Assembly: GCF_018977255.1 (NCBI RefSeq)
Contig: NW_024704742.1
Span: forward strand, 106,206,001 to 106,270,000
Origin: Callorhinchus milii
Taxonomy: Eukaryota
Length of the DNA: 64,000 nucleotides
Direction: 5' to 3'
A program made the translations under genes and the position numbers. The notes below the pieces were generated by a model, which ran no database searches, had not been told where the DNA came from, and saw only the letters and a program-made list of their open reading frames with translations. Numbering within the stretch: the first letter of the stretch is position 1; the number at the start of each line of letters is the position of its first letter. Of the stretch, positions 51,217 through 62,990 are shown piece by piece.

Positions 51217-51528
51217 ATAATAATATTGCATGTAATATAGCGCTTTTCACGTCTTCTAGACGTCTCAAAGCGCTTCACAGAATATACTGCAAAGTGAATT
51301 GACTGTATATTTGTGGGCAAAGTGCGGCAGCCAATTGCGCACAGCAGTGTCCCACAAGCAGTCATGGATTGAAGTGACCAATTTATTATTGTGTTTATTT
51401 TCTTGAGGGATTATTATCAGGCGTGTGGAGCAAGTAAACTTGCCCAAGGTTTTGCCCTGCTGGGAATCGAACCCAGGTCTCTCGCTTGCAAGGTGAGTGC
51501 TCTAACCACTGAGCTACAGGACTCCACA
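51217..51528 (-). mobile_element. Full-length tRNA-derived SINE
   Basis: Complete family match. Confidence 0.95.
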
Positions 51529-52304
51529 CTTCTTAACATATCCAGATTAATGTAAAACTGAAGAATATATATTTAAAACAAATAGTTTTTTAATAAATAT
51601 TTGGGTTCTAGAGATGAGAAATACAATACAACTTGTTTCCACTCAATGATACCACTAAATGCTCCACAGTCAAGCTCAACATAGAGCAGATGCATTGCAG
51701 AACTGCAGCTCCATTACCTTTTGTCTACATCCATGTGTCAATATAGTGCCCTCTAATGCACAATTGAACATTTTCATTTCCCTTGCAGTCTCTTAGATAA
51801 ATAATGATAATGAAATACTATTTAATATAGTGAGTGCTCTATACATTAAAATGTCTCAAAGCACTTAACAAAGGGTAAAAAACAGTGAATGTTAAGCAGG
51901 CCCATGCAGAAGTTTAATCTGCATAATCTATGTTCTACAAACTATCAGATGCATAGTTATTTAATTTAAACATTTTAGGTGAATTTAGATGAAGGAAGAA
52001 TAGTGGCCAGGGTATATTACATTTATAAGGAAGTCAAAAGAAAATTTAAAAAATCAAAGAGGTGGAAAAAGAGAAAAATGAAGATAAACTGGGGGATTTT
52101 GTTTTAGTTTTATTGAGGGAAATAATTGAAGATATGTTGAATTTATGGAATTTGTGGTCAATTGTTTTTAGTCTGGACTCACATCATTAGTAATGCTCAG
52201 AGAGAGGAAGAGAGAGAGAAGAAAGGTTATAGTCTGGAAAACAACTAAAACCTGGCTTTAATACATATGATGATAAATCCCAGAACAAATGCGACAGTCT
52301 CCTC

Positions 52305-52715
52305 GCCTACAGTGTCAGTGCCATAGCCTGCAGTGTTAATGTTTTCACTCACAGTGCCAGTGTCCTGGCTCACATGTCAGTGTCCCAGTCCACATGCCAA
52401 TGCTACAGCCCACAGTGCCAGAGGCCAACCCACAGTACCAGTGTCCAACCTACAGTACCAGTGTCCTAGCCCAGAGTGCCAGTCCTAGCCCACAGTACCA
52501 GTATCCCAGCCCACAGTGCCAGTGTCCTAGCCCACAGTGCCAGTGTCCTAGCCCACAGTGCCAGTGTCCTAGCCCACAGTACCAGTGTCCAACCCACAGT
52601 ACCAGTGTCCTAGCCCACAGTGCCAGTGTCCAACCCACAGTGCCAGTGTCCTAACCCACAGTGCCAGTGTCCTAACCCACAGTGCCAGTGTCCTAGCCCA
52701 CAGTCCTAGTCCACA
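52305..52715. repeat. 21-bp minisatellite (CCCACAGTGCCAGTGTCCTAG)n
   Basis: Roughly 19 units; homogeneous at the 3' side and degenerate at the 5' side. Confidence 0.95.
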
Positions 52716-53499
52716 ACCATATTCTCTACAGTCATATTTTTAATGAAGTAAATAAAAATACATTTTAAACCTCTCTTCCCAGCCTGAGATGAAAGATAAT
52801 ATCATCATTGTATTGAAAACAAACTACAAAAGGAGCATTTTGAACTTTATCATTTCTTACACATAGTGCAAAAAACTATTAGAATAAATAATAGTCACTC
52901 TAATTCAATCCATTACCATGACTTAAAATGGTTTTAATGCTGGAAGCTGTGAAAGGATTTAAATGGTCTTTATTCATATGCTCTATATTGTTCCCAATTT
53001 CAGCATATTGTAATTTACCAACAGTCAATGTTCATTATGTTAACAATCAGGTGCCAGAATACTGTTCACCACTGAATAATTTTATACTTGCTTTAGCTTT
53101 AAATTTATACCCACCTTTTAATGCATATATCTGCAACAGAGAGTTTCTGTTTACTTCTGATAGGTTTACCAAGTCAGAGTTTGGAAGCATCGCAAAATTC
53201 TTGAAATAGCTTTTACCTTGATACGTAAAATATTCTGTAGTGCTCAACACCAAGAGTAAATAATCATGCAGTGCAGCACAATACAATTATAGAAAGCATG
53301 TAAATAACTTACCAAAGGAATAACTGCTCTAATAAAGGCTTAATCCCTTTAATGCAATTTTAATTGCTGCAGCACGGATATAATTGGTGTAAATCAAGCA
53401 TAAACAAGTAGTACTACTCTATAATATTATTTTTATAACTGTGGTAATTGTAATTCTCCCAATGTAATTCTGTCAGACATATGTTTGGAATGAGACATT

Positions 53500-54415
53500 A
53501 AAAGTTGTGGGTTCAAGCCCAACATTGGGACTCGGAACTAGTATTCAAGATTAGTAGTAGTATTCGAACTAGTATTCAAATTCAAGATCCTCATCCTTGC
53601 CTACAAGGCCATTCACGGCCTTGCCCCCTCCTACCTCTCCGACCTACTATCCCCCTACCTACCTGCCTGTTCCCTCCATTCCTCTGGCTCCGGTCTGCTC
53701 CACATCCCCGCCCCAACCGCCCTACCATCAGTGGCCAGGCCTTCAGCCTCTCAGCCCCTAAGCTCAGGAACTCCATCCCCCAGTGCCTTCGCCGCCTCAT
53801 CCCTTTCCCCCTTCAAGGCCAGTCTCAAGACCTTTCTCTTTGACCGTGCCTTCAGCTCCCCTCTCGACTCTCTACCCCCTCCTCGCCCCCTCACTTCCCT
53901 CCCCTCACCCTGACCATTTCCCCCTCCTCGCTCCCTCACTTCCCTCCCTTCACCCTGACCATTTCCCCCCTGCTCGGGTCCTGACCCAACTGTCCAGCGC
54001 TTTGGGACGTCCTCCCGACGTGAAAGGCGCTCTATAAATGGAATCTAATTGTAGTATATTCTATGCTGATACTCCTATGCTGGGGTGTGCTGCATTGTTG
54101 GGGTGTTGCCGTTGTTTGGATGAGACATTAAACTTAGGTCCTGACTGCCTAGTCAGGTGAATGTTAAAGATCCCCTGGCACTATTCGAAAAAGAAAGTAG
54201 ATTCTCCTGGTGCCCTGGCCTACAATCCTCCAAATGAAACTGAAATTGGCCATTCAGTTCATAGGTGTTTGTGGGACATTGCTGTGTGCAAATTGACTAC
54301 CACATTTACCCACAAAACACAATCACTTGACTTCACAGTATATCCCATGAAGTGCTTTGAGATGTCCTCCTGTGAAAGGTGCTTATACAATATGTAAGGA
54401 TTATTGTTATTATTA
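53500..54415 (+). mobile_element. Deu-domain SINE split by an L2 insertion
   Basis: B-box GTGGGTTCAAGCCC at ~53508; Deu core and tail resume at 54055-54415. Confidence 0.8.
53576..54050 (+). mobile_element. Young L2 3' fragment
   Basis: FKILILAYKAIHGLAPSYLSDLLSPYLP; highly similar to 45519-46007, including the 3'UTR tandem unit. Confidence 0.95.
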
Positions 54416-55373
54416 ATTGTTCATTTGCAACTTGGTTTGTGAGATCTTGCTGATGTGCATGATTGCCACACTCAAAAAATCAGTCACAACACTTGACATC
54501 AATTGCCTGTAAAGCATTTTAAGCTGTTTCAGTTTAATAAGCTGCTATCTTTCTAAGATGAGGCAACTTATTGCCCCAGAATACAATGCAATCGCTTACA
54601 TGCAATGACTTTTCAATAGACCTATCTATGGTTAGCCAACAAGTTTGCCTTATGGACCATCCAGTAATAGATTAGCATAATGTGTATTCAGACTTGGTTA
54701 CATTGATCATGTGAACTGGGCCTGAAGCAATACTAGTTCACCAGAAGACCATAATTTTGCATAAGTCTTGGGAGGAACAAGAAATCTGCAGTGGAATTTT
54801 CAGACTGCAGTTATAATTGTAGTGTTGTCAATGTTATGTTAAGATCCAAGCTTAGCTTTTCTAATAGCAATCGTTGCCAAATCACACCTTAATGTAAAAC
54901 TGAGGTATAAGTACCTGATCTCAGCCAGGGTGGCAGTCGAGTTGCTACAATTGGCTCAGCATTCCTGGACTAGGACAGGGATAAAGCACTTAGTAGATAC
55001 AGGGATAAAGCAGCCAAAGTTCCCAAAACTGATCATGGTTCATGCTGGGAAATACAAATGTTTTCACCCACAAAATAAACAGTCAATTCACTTTACAGTA
55101 TATTCTGTGAAGCGCTTTGAGACGAGTCAAAGATGTGATAAAGCTCTTTTTCAAATACAAGGATTATTATTTTATTTTTTATGTGTGGGAATTAGGTGAG
55201 GAAAGGATCAGGATGTTGCCCATGAATGAATAGCCTGATGACCCTCACTCCTTAGACACACATGAAGAATAAATGAGGTACTGGATGGAGGATCATATAT
55301 GTAGAGCCTTAAAAGATGCAGAAAAACACTAGAGAGGAAGTAAAAAAATCAATGCAAAATAGCCTCATCATAG

Positions 55374-55800
55374 GTCCAAACTTTCATCTTGTCTTAGCCT
55401 GTAAGGCCATTTTGTCTTCAATAGTAGGATTTGCATAAGATTTTACAGTCCACCTATGAAAGGTGCTATACCATATGTAAGGATTATTATTATTATTAAT
55501 TAATTGTTCATTTGCAACATGGCTGTTTGTGAGACCTTGCTGATGCAAGTGATTGCCACACTTAAAAAATCAGTCACAACACTTGACACCAATTGTCTGT
55601 AAAGCATTTTAAGTTGTTTCAATGTAATAAACTGCTATAAATTTATGCAAAATTCTTAAATTCAGTTTCAGTTTAGAAGTTGGTTCTTCCTAAGAACTGC
55701 AGGAAACCAGATTCCAAATAAAAATGGAATTTCCTGCAATTCTGCGCGACCTTGAATTTTAAGCCGAAATGGTCTTACAGTCTAAGGTGGAATTTCGGAC
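55374..55800. mobile_element. MITE with long imperfect TIRs containing a duplicated local segment
   Basis: Left GTCCAAACTTTC...TTAGCCTGTAAGGCCATTTTGTCTT; the right end reverse-complements to GTCCGAAATTCC.CCTTAGACTGTAAGACCATTTCGGCTT. Confidence 0.65.
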
Positions 55801-55828
55801 TTTATCTGTGGTAACACAAATATCGTTA

Positions 55829-55980
55829 GACTGTTTGTGGGACACTGCTGTGCGCAATTGGCTGCTGTATTTCACCCACAAAATATACAGTCACTTTACA
55901 GTGTATTCTGTGATGCACTTTGGGACGTCTCGAAAACGTGATAAGGCGCCATATCAAATGCAAGGATTATTATTATTATC
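55829..55980 (+). mobile_element. 5'-truncated tRNA-SINE
   Basis: GACTGTTTGTGGGACACTGCTGTGCGCAATTGGCTG...GCAAGG(ATT)n. Confidence 0.9.
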
Positions 55981-56949
55981 ATTAGAGGACAGATATAGCA
56001 AAGATTTCAGTACTAATTATGATTGTTGGTCCCAGAAGCCAATCTCCAGTACCATTTGCACTGTTCACATATGAGAATTTGTTACAAAAGTGTTTTATTT
56101 GTCTTCTCGCCAGCATGTTCTATCTGCAGTGAGGCACTTTCAAATATAGTCAGACTTTGACACAGACTTATAAATACAGCAATTATTTTTTTCATAAACA
56201 ACTTGAATACTCTTGATTTTGAGTAGCTTTATTGTTATGTTAAAGTTATTTTCTGTGAAACAGCGTATGAGTTTAAAGCTTTAAAAAAATGGTCAGCCCT
56301 AGACGCAGGAACGTCCCTGGATACCTGGATACCCTGGCAGTCTAAGGGTTAAGTAGGCAAATTATGATATAGACTGCCTTACAGTGCAGTAAATGAGGTC
56401 TCAAGTTTCAACATTCTGAAAAGCAAAGAGAGATTATTCATTAATAAAGTGTAGGGTAATACAGGCTTGGTGCCTGGTAGGAAAGAAATTATTACTGTAG
56501 TGCCCCATTTATTTTGCAGTTAGCATTGATTCAATGCAGTTTCCACAAAACGTATAGTATAAATCCAATTTTAAGAAGATTAATTTGATTCCAAGCTTTG
56601 CTCCTGAAACCACCTCCAGGAGGTAGCTCAAAATGGAATCAATTCTGTCGGTTGGTGTATAAATCCAGTTTTAGTGCAGCTGATTTCAACAGAACATTTC
56701 TTTAATAACATTAAAAAATAACACTACCAGATGCAACGTCAAGTTACTCCAACAATTTGAAAGGTGCATTGCAAGTGAAAATGAGCCACTTGACCTATGC
56801 AAACACATGTGGGTTATGGTATTCTTGGACCATAGGACAGAAAGCAGATTTAATTTGTGGGTTTCCATAAGTAATTTATTTAACAAAGTTCTGTATGCAG
56901 GTCACTAAAAAAGATTAAAGTTTGTGCAATTATTAGCAATTTAGCTAAC

Positions 56950-57240
56950 TCAGTTGAAAAGTTGAATAGAAAGCAGAAGGTGATGATGAATGGAAAAGCC
57001 TCGATTACGATGGTGCTGTGGGGGAGGTGGGGGGAGTGAATAGTGCAGTTCCATAAGCCTATTCTGGGTCTATTCTGTACTAAGTTTAGACAGGACCAAG
57101 CTATAATTAAGGTAAATGGTGCAAGAATGGTCAGTGATATTCAGAAAGGTGTGGCTAAATTAAAATGATGGGCCATGGAAAAGCAGATGGAGTTTAATGT
57201 ATATGAATGCAAAGTAATGCACATTGATCCCAGAAACATG
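56950..57240 (+). mobile_element. CR1 RT remnant
   Basis: GCAGATGGAGTTTAATGTATATGAATGCAAAGTAATGCAC reads QMEFNVYECKVMH; RKQKVMMNG lies upstream. Confidence 0.65.
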
Positions 57241-57468
57241 ACCAGGAGAAAAGGTGGAAAATAATTTAGGACCAATTATAGACCATTTACTGAAAATGTA
57301 AAAATTATTTTCACACTTAGGCTCGACACAGAGGTAAAAACTTGGAGGTACACACTTAGTAGATACAGAGGTCTCTGGTCCAGCTTCAAAGTGTTGGAAG
57401 ACCAGATGTTTGGACAGGAGGCTGGAAAGATCCATCTTAGAAATGAGCACCTCTTTCTCTAACATTCA

Positions 57469-57838
57469 CAATAATAATAATAGTAACAGTCCTTGCATTT
57501 GATATAGCGCCTTATCACGTCTTCAAGACGTCTCAAGATGCTTCATAGAATATACTGTAAAGTAAATTGACGGTATATTTTGTGGGCAAAGCACGACAGC
57601 CATTGCGCACTGCAGTGTCCCACAAACAGTCGTGGATTGAGTGACCGTTTATTTTTTGAAGGAATTATTCCGGAAAAGCGATCCACCAAATGACTAACAA
57701 CTGGGTTCCTACTTACTGCTAGGTAAACAGAGGCTTGTGGAGTAAGGAAACTTGCCCAACATTTTGCCCTGTCTGGAATCGAACCCATGTCTCTCGCTTG
57801 GGAGGCGAGTGGTCTAACCACTGAGCTACAGGACTCCA
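57469..57838 (-). mobile_element. Full-length tRNA-derived SINE, long-body variant
   Basis: Head, extra CTGTTTACCTAGCAGTAAGTAGGAACCCAG segment and tail. Confidence 0.95.
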
Positions 57839-57854
57839 CAGTTTGGATTCCTTG

Positions 57855-57945
57855 GTTCCTGACATGTGTAATATGAATACTTCTGCCTTTGACACCTATG
57901 ACATGAATACCTCTGTCTCTGACATCTACAATATGGATACCTTTG
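57855..57945. repeat. 30-bp tandem repeat, three units
   Basis: (A)ATATGAATACCTCTG.CT.TGACA.CTA. units. Confidence 0.75.
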
Positions 57946-58261
57946 TCACCCTAGAGAATGGCTGAAATGAAAAATTTGGTCACTGTTACAACTTGAAAGA
58001 TCTTTCAGAACTTTACTTATTTGAACAAGTGTAAAATATCATATAAATCATATAAGCACCTTTTCATTCACAAAACTTGAATTGCACCTTTGTAGCATTC
58101 AACTTTTTAGTAGCAATGCCACTGAGGACTTAACTATTCCTTTATGTTTAATAGTTTCTGCTGTAGTCTCAGGCTATGCTCATGTCACTCTTTTTGAAAA
58201 GATGAAAGTTTTGCAAGATGCTGCAGACTTTTTCCCCAAAGCAAAATAAATTATATGTGTA

Positions 58262-58472
58262 AATAATAAAATTAATAATCCTTGCATTTAATATAGCAAC
58301 TTATCACATTATTGAGACATCTCAAAGCACTTTATAGGATATACCGTAGAGTGAATTGGCTGTATATTGTTTGGGTGAAACACAGCCCCCAATTGCACAC
58401 CGCAGTTTCCTACAAACAGTCGTGGATTGAGTGACGACATTTTTATTATTATTATTTTTTCGAAGGGATTAT
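58262..58472 (-). mobile_element. 5'-truncated tRNA-SINE
   Basis: AATCCTTGCATTT...AAACAGTCGTGGATTGAGTGAC. Confidence 0.85.
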
Positions 58473-58730
58473 ATATGAATTACTGTATAGTGTATTTACA
58501 GGATACATTCAATAAAGTCAAAAGTAACACACAGAGCACCAATAATATATGCTAGGACAATTTTTAAAGTTTTAGATAAATCTTACTAAATAAACTAATT
58601 TGAAGTTTCCCATTCCTGAAGATGACTGATAACTTTCCTGGTACAGTGATGAGCTGTATGACCAAAGCTGGCAAGCCTTGGGCCCCACATGCTTTCATTC
58701 CAAGCAGAAGTCTAAAGAATATTAGAAATC

Positions 58731-59042
58731 CCTCTGCTCAGCCGGCTCCAGCCTGCTCCACCCGCCCCACCATTGGCCGGAGAGCCTTCAGCCACTCTGC
58801 CCCCAACCTCTGGAATTCCATCCCCCAGTCACTCTGCCTCACCCCTTCCTTAGTCTCCTTCAAGTCCTGCCTCAAGACCCTCCTCTTTGACCATGCCATC
58901 GGCCAGCCCCCTTCCCCTCCCCTCCTTTCTCCCCCTGTGACCCCAGCTCAGGTCTGAAATGCTGTACACTGTCCAGCACCTTGGGACGTCCTCCCAACAT
59001 GAAAGGCGCTATACAAATGTAATCTTGTTGTTCTTGTTGTTG
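58731..59042 (+). mobile_element. L2 3' fragment
   Basis: TRPTIGRRAFSHSAPNLWNSIPQSL; (GTT)n tail. Confidence 0.92.
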
Positions 59043-59643
59043 ATCTTGAGCGATAGTATATTTTAAAGCTCCATTGCATTTTGAGACCCTACTTGATATG
59101 CAAGCTAATTTCAAAGTTTAATTTCATTTAAAAATCCTCCTTTGATTACTTTCTGCTGATTGATAGGTTTAAATGAGGCTGACAGAGTCCCAAGTTTCAG
59201 GTTGCTTCCTGGAGAGTATTGAAGATTACATTTGTTCAAGCATAGATGCCAATATATTATGATCTATAGGAATGATTCCACTTAATCAGCCAGAGCCCCT
59301 GAATTTCCCAAGACATTAGCCTTAAGACTGTTGTATGTTCATGCAGAATGTTAGAAAATGCTTAAATTTAACCTTAATTTAGAAGCCATTTTTTTCTCAA
59401 CTGGCTCCCAAATTAAAACTGACTTTAAACATTTTCTAAAATATTTCACAAGTTTAGTTTTTTGTCAATGGTGTTAAGGTAACGATCACAAGAAATATAA
59501 TGCCTCTGATAGACTACAAACACAAATCCTTCACACCTAGGGTAATAATCGAGGGATTATTCTGAATCTTCAGAGGATCCATGACTTCAAGCAGGGTTGC
59601 ACATTGAAACGCTATCTTGCATGAGAGTGCTATATAAATGCAA

Positions 59644-59845
59644 TAATAATAATAATAATCCTTGCATTTGATATAGCGCTTTTCACGTCGGGAGGACGTC
59701 CCAAAGCGCTTCACAGAACACACTGTAAAGTGAATTGACTGTATATTTGTGGGCAACCAATTGCGCACAGCAATGTCCCACAAACAGTCGTAGATTGAAA
59801 ATGACCAATTTATTATTGTTTTTGGTTTTGGAGGGATTATTATTG
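59644..59845 (-). mobile_element. 5'-truncated tRNA-SINE inserted in an L2-type tail
   Basis: Family match; AATGCAA duplicated at 59637-59643 and 59862-59868. Confidence 0.9.
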
Positions 59846-59939
59846 CATTATTATTATTATTAATGCAAGTTGTTGTATCCAAAATTCTCTTACTCCCCCT
59901 ATTTTTCCTAAGCCGCTTTCAACGCCTTCATTACCTCCA

Positions 59940-60776
59940 GATCTGATTTCTTCAGTGCCCTTTTCACCAGCCTCCACATCTCTACCATCCATAGAATCCA
60001 GAGAATCCAAATTATGTCTATTTGCATCTTTAGCTGCAATAGGTTTTGCACACCCATTCAACCTAGTCTTAGGCTCAACTGTTTCAGTATCTACTCGTGA
60101 ATTAACTTCAAGATCCTAACTCTCTCCAAGATCCCATATCCACACTCCTCTCTAGATTGTAGCTCAGTGGTTAGAGCACTCGCCTTGCAAGCAAGACACC
60201 TGGGTTCAAATCCAGGCAGGGTAAAACCTTGGGCAAGTTTCCTTACTCCATACGCCTAATAATAATCCCCCAAAACAAAATAATAATAAATTGATCATTT
60301 TCAATCCACGACTGTTTATGAGACACTGTTGTGCGCAATTGGCTGACGCGTTTTCTCCCACAAATATATGGTCAATTCACTTTATAGCATGTTCTGTGAA
60401 GCGCTTTGAGACGTCTAGAAGACGTGAAAAGTGCTAAATCAAACGCAAGGATTATTATTATTTCTGATCTTCTCCAGCTTCACTCTGCTGCTTGATTCCC
60501 CCTGCTTGGCAAACTCAGGCCTGCTGCAATTTTCTTGTCTACTCTATCCCACCATCACTAGCCAAGCCTTCAGTTATCATGCCCTTAACCCTCCAGAACT
60601 CCCTCCCTAATTCCCTCCACCTTGCTGCTTCTCTATCTGTCTTTAAACTCCTCCTGAAATATTTCAATCTCCTCCACCTACCTTCACCTTCCTCTTCTCC
60701 TCCTTCACTCTCGATGTTTGATGTCTGTAAAGCACTCCGAGATGTGAGGGGTACATTATAAATGTAGGTTATTGTT
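59940..60776 (+). mobile_element. Old L2 fragment interrupted by a SINE
   Basis: GCCTTCATTACCTCCAGA, AACTTCAAGATCCT, CAGAACTCCCTCCCTAATTCCCTCC and tail TATAAATGTAGGTTATTGTT. Confidence 0.7.
60158..60462 (+). mobile_element. Nearly full-length tRNA-derived SINE
   Basis: TGTAGCTCAGTGGTTAGAGCACTCG head through the (ATT)n tail. Confidence 0.95.
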
Positions 60777-61604
60777 CTTAACACTCACTATCCAAAAGAC
60801 TATTTGTCCAAGGGCAGGGATAGGAAGACCTGGAGAGAAGAATCAATCAACCATGAGGGAAGTGTTCTCTCAGTTTATGCGATACATTAGAGGGTCACAA
60901 TCATGAATAGATCAAAATTTCTTCCATTACTAATGAAATTCCTAAGGGTCCCCTCACATTCTCTGAGAGGGCAGATACATTGCCTTGAGTTGTAGAAAGT
61001 ATAATAAGTGCTCTGAGATGTTACCTTATGGAAAAGGTGCTATATAAATGCAAGTTGTGGTTGACATTTATAGCCTCAAATTTATTGCAGCTGTCCTCTA
61101 TTTTCTAAGACTTCCATTGATTGGCTAGAACTCAGAGGTTAAATTCAAAGGATAGTGTTGCCACATTTGGGTTTCTGGTCATTGTTCAGGCCACTATTAA
61201 GTATTTCAAGTGGGCTTAAATTCTGAACAAGAATTGCTTTTTGATGAAGAATATTATATATTGTAGCCATTTGCTTTTGAAGGTGCGCAATGACCTATTT
61301 CAATGATGTGGAGTAAGTAATCCAGTGTTGAAACATGCTGAAAATGTAGGCAGCCTTTGCATTGCCACACAAGTTAGAAAANCACTGTACTAAAATAATT
61401 ATCAATCACAAAATTTTTAAATCCATGACTCCATAATGAATTGTATTTCATCCACTGAAATGTGATGATACAGATTTTTGTCAAGTATATCACTGTCTCA
61501 CGAAAGCATCTGCCCTAGTATGAGCACTATTGCAATGAAAATGGCATTTGTTTTTTTCTGGCTCTTTACCCACTCCAACTGCAACAATTACAGTATTTAT
61601 TACT

Positions 61605-62010
61605 ACTAATGATAATAATCCTTGCACTTGTTATAGCACCTTCCTCATCAGGAGTGTATCTCAAAGCGCTTCACAGGATTTATTGTGAAATGAAGGGGTA
61701 GGGTTACACAGCGCATTTGCGCACTGCAATGTTCCAGAAATAGCCATGACATGAATAACCAATTTTATTTTCACGGATTGTTGGTCAGGACACCGGGAGA
61801 AACTCCCTTGTCTTTTTGAATACTGTCAGGGGATCTTTTACGGGAGTTCAGTTTAGTGTCTCATCTGAATGATGGCACCTCCAACAATGCAATAAACCAT
61901 CAGCATTGCATTGGACTGTCAAGCTGGACCTTGCAAGTTCTGACATATGACTTGAACCTTCAACTTTCTGACTCAGAGGCAAGAGCACTACCAACAGTGC
62001 CAGGCTGACC
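61605..62010 (-). mobile_element. Full-length Deu-domain SINE
   Basis: Reverse tail, CAGGACACCGGGAGAAACTCCC, TCTCATCTGAATGATGGCACCTCCAACAATGC, and head TTCTGACTCAGAGGCAAGAG. Confidence 0.85.
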
Positions 62011-62689
62011 CAAGTGGAGCATACACACTAAAGCAAGATCTATGATACACTGAGCACTAAGAAGGAAAAATGTATTGGGGTCTTTGGAATGAAATTGATA
62101 AAGAAAAGATTGTTAGCTTTTGTGAAGCACGTATGATAGATCCCAATGCTTAAAAGTATTATTATATCAGATCGGCAATCTGCTCAATACTTTCATATCT
62201 AACCACTTTCTCCATGAGAAATACTTACAATAGGAAAACCATCCATAATAACCATTTGAAAGGTGAAGTAAACTATGAATAAATGAGATAATAAACTTTA
62301 CATTTAGGCCCTTTACATCAAGGGGACATCTCAAAGTGCTTCACAAAATATACTATAAAGTGTAGTGACTGTGTTATTTGGTGGCAACTCAAAGATAAAT
62401 TAGTAAAATTAAACAATCTAAAGTAATTCATTTGTAATCAGCCATTGATTTACGGCATGCTTTAAACAGGATTGTTTGAAATGTGCATCATGAAGTGATT
62501 TATGTCGTAAAACCATATGACCATAAGATTTTACTCTTCGATTTACTCTGCAATCAAATTTATAGTTAACACCAGTCCAAGGATCATTCAAATAGTTGAA
62601 CACAATAATTGAGTGTTTTAGATTAGGAAATGGTTTTGATGTTTTACAGCATCAGGAAGATCACATGAGTGGTCTAAATGTGGTTAGAA

Positions 62690-62990
62690 TCTGTCTGTCG
62701 AATTAAAAGTTCTGTTACAGCCCAAAGCCCCGAGGTCACAACCTGCCTCGTAGAAGCAGATTAAACACCTCACTGTCACATGTCATGCATACTGTTAATG
62801 TCCTCTGAGATTACCTTCTGTGCAGTTAAGACAGCTGCAGGGAAAAAGTACAGAGAAAATGATGAAAATAAGTTGCTTCGAAATGTTAGTCAATTGGTAG
62901 AGGATGACTTGCTGAGTGACAAATCAGTCAAGGGAATCTGTCTTTGTCATGCCATGGATGCACAGTAATAAATTAAGGATTGAGATTTGT
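62690..62990. promoter_or_regulatory. Candidate conserved non-coding element
   Basis: Repeat-free, with CTGTCA/TGTCA (TALE), CAGCTG, GATTAA and TAATAAATTAA motifs. Confidence 0.35.

Noticed and set aside
51742-51760. CTCF-like motif AGTGCCCTCTAATGC
   Set aside because: Mismatches in the core; unsupported without a PWM score or ChIP data.
52394-52654. Cys-rich metallothionein/keratin-like ORF, or a CRISPR-like array
   Set aside because: Contiguous 21-bp minisatellite with no unique spacers, in a eukaryotic context.
61382-61382. Single N base
   Set aside because: Assembly ambiguity, not biology.
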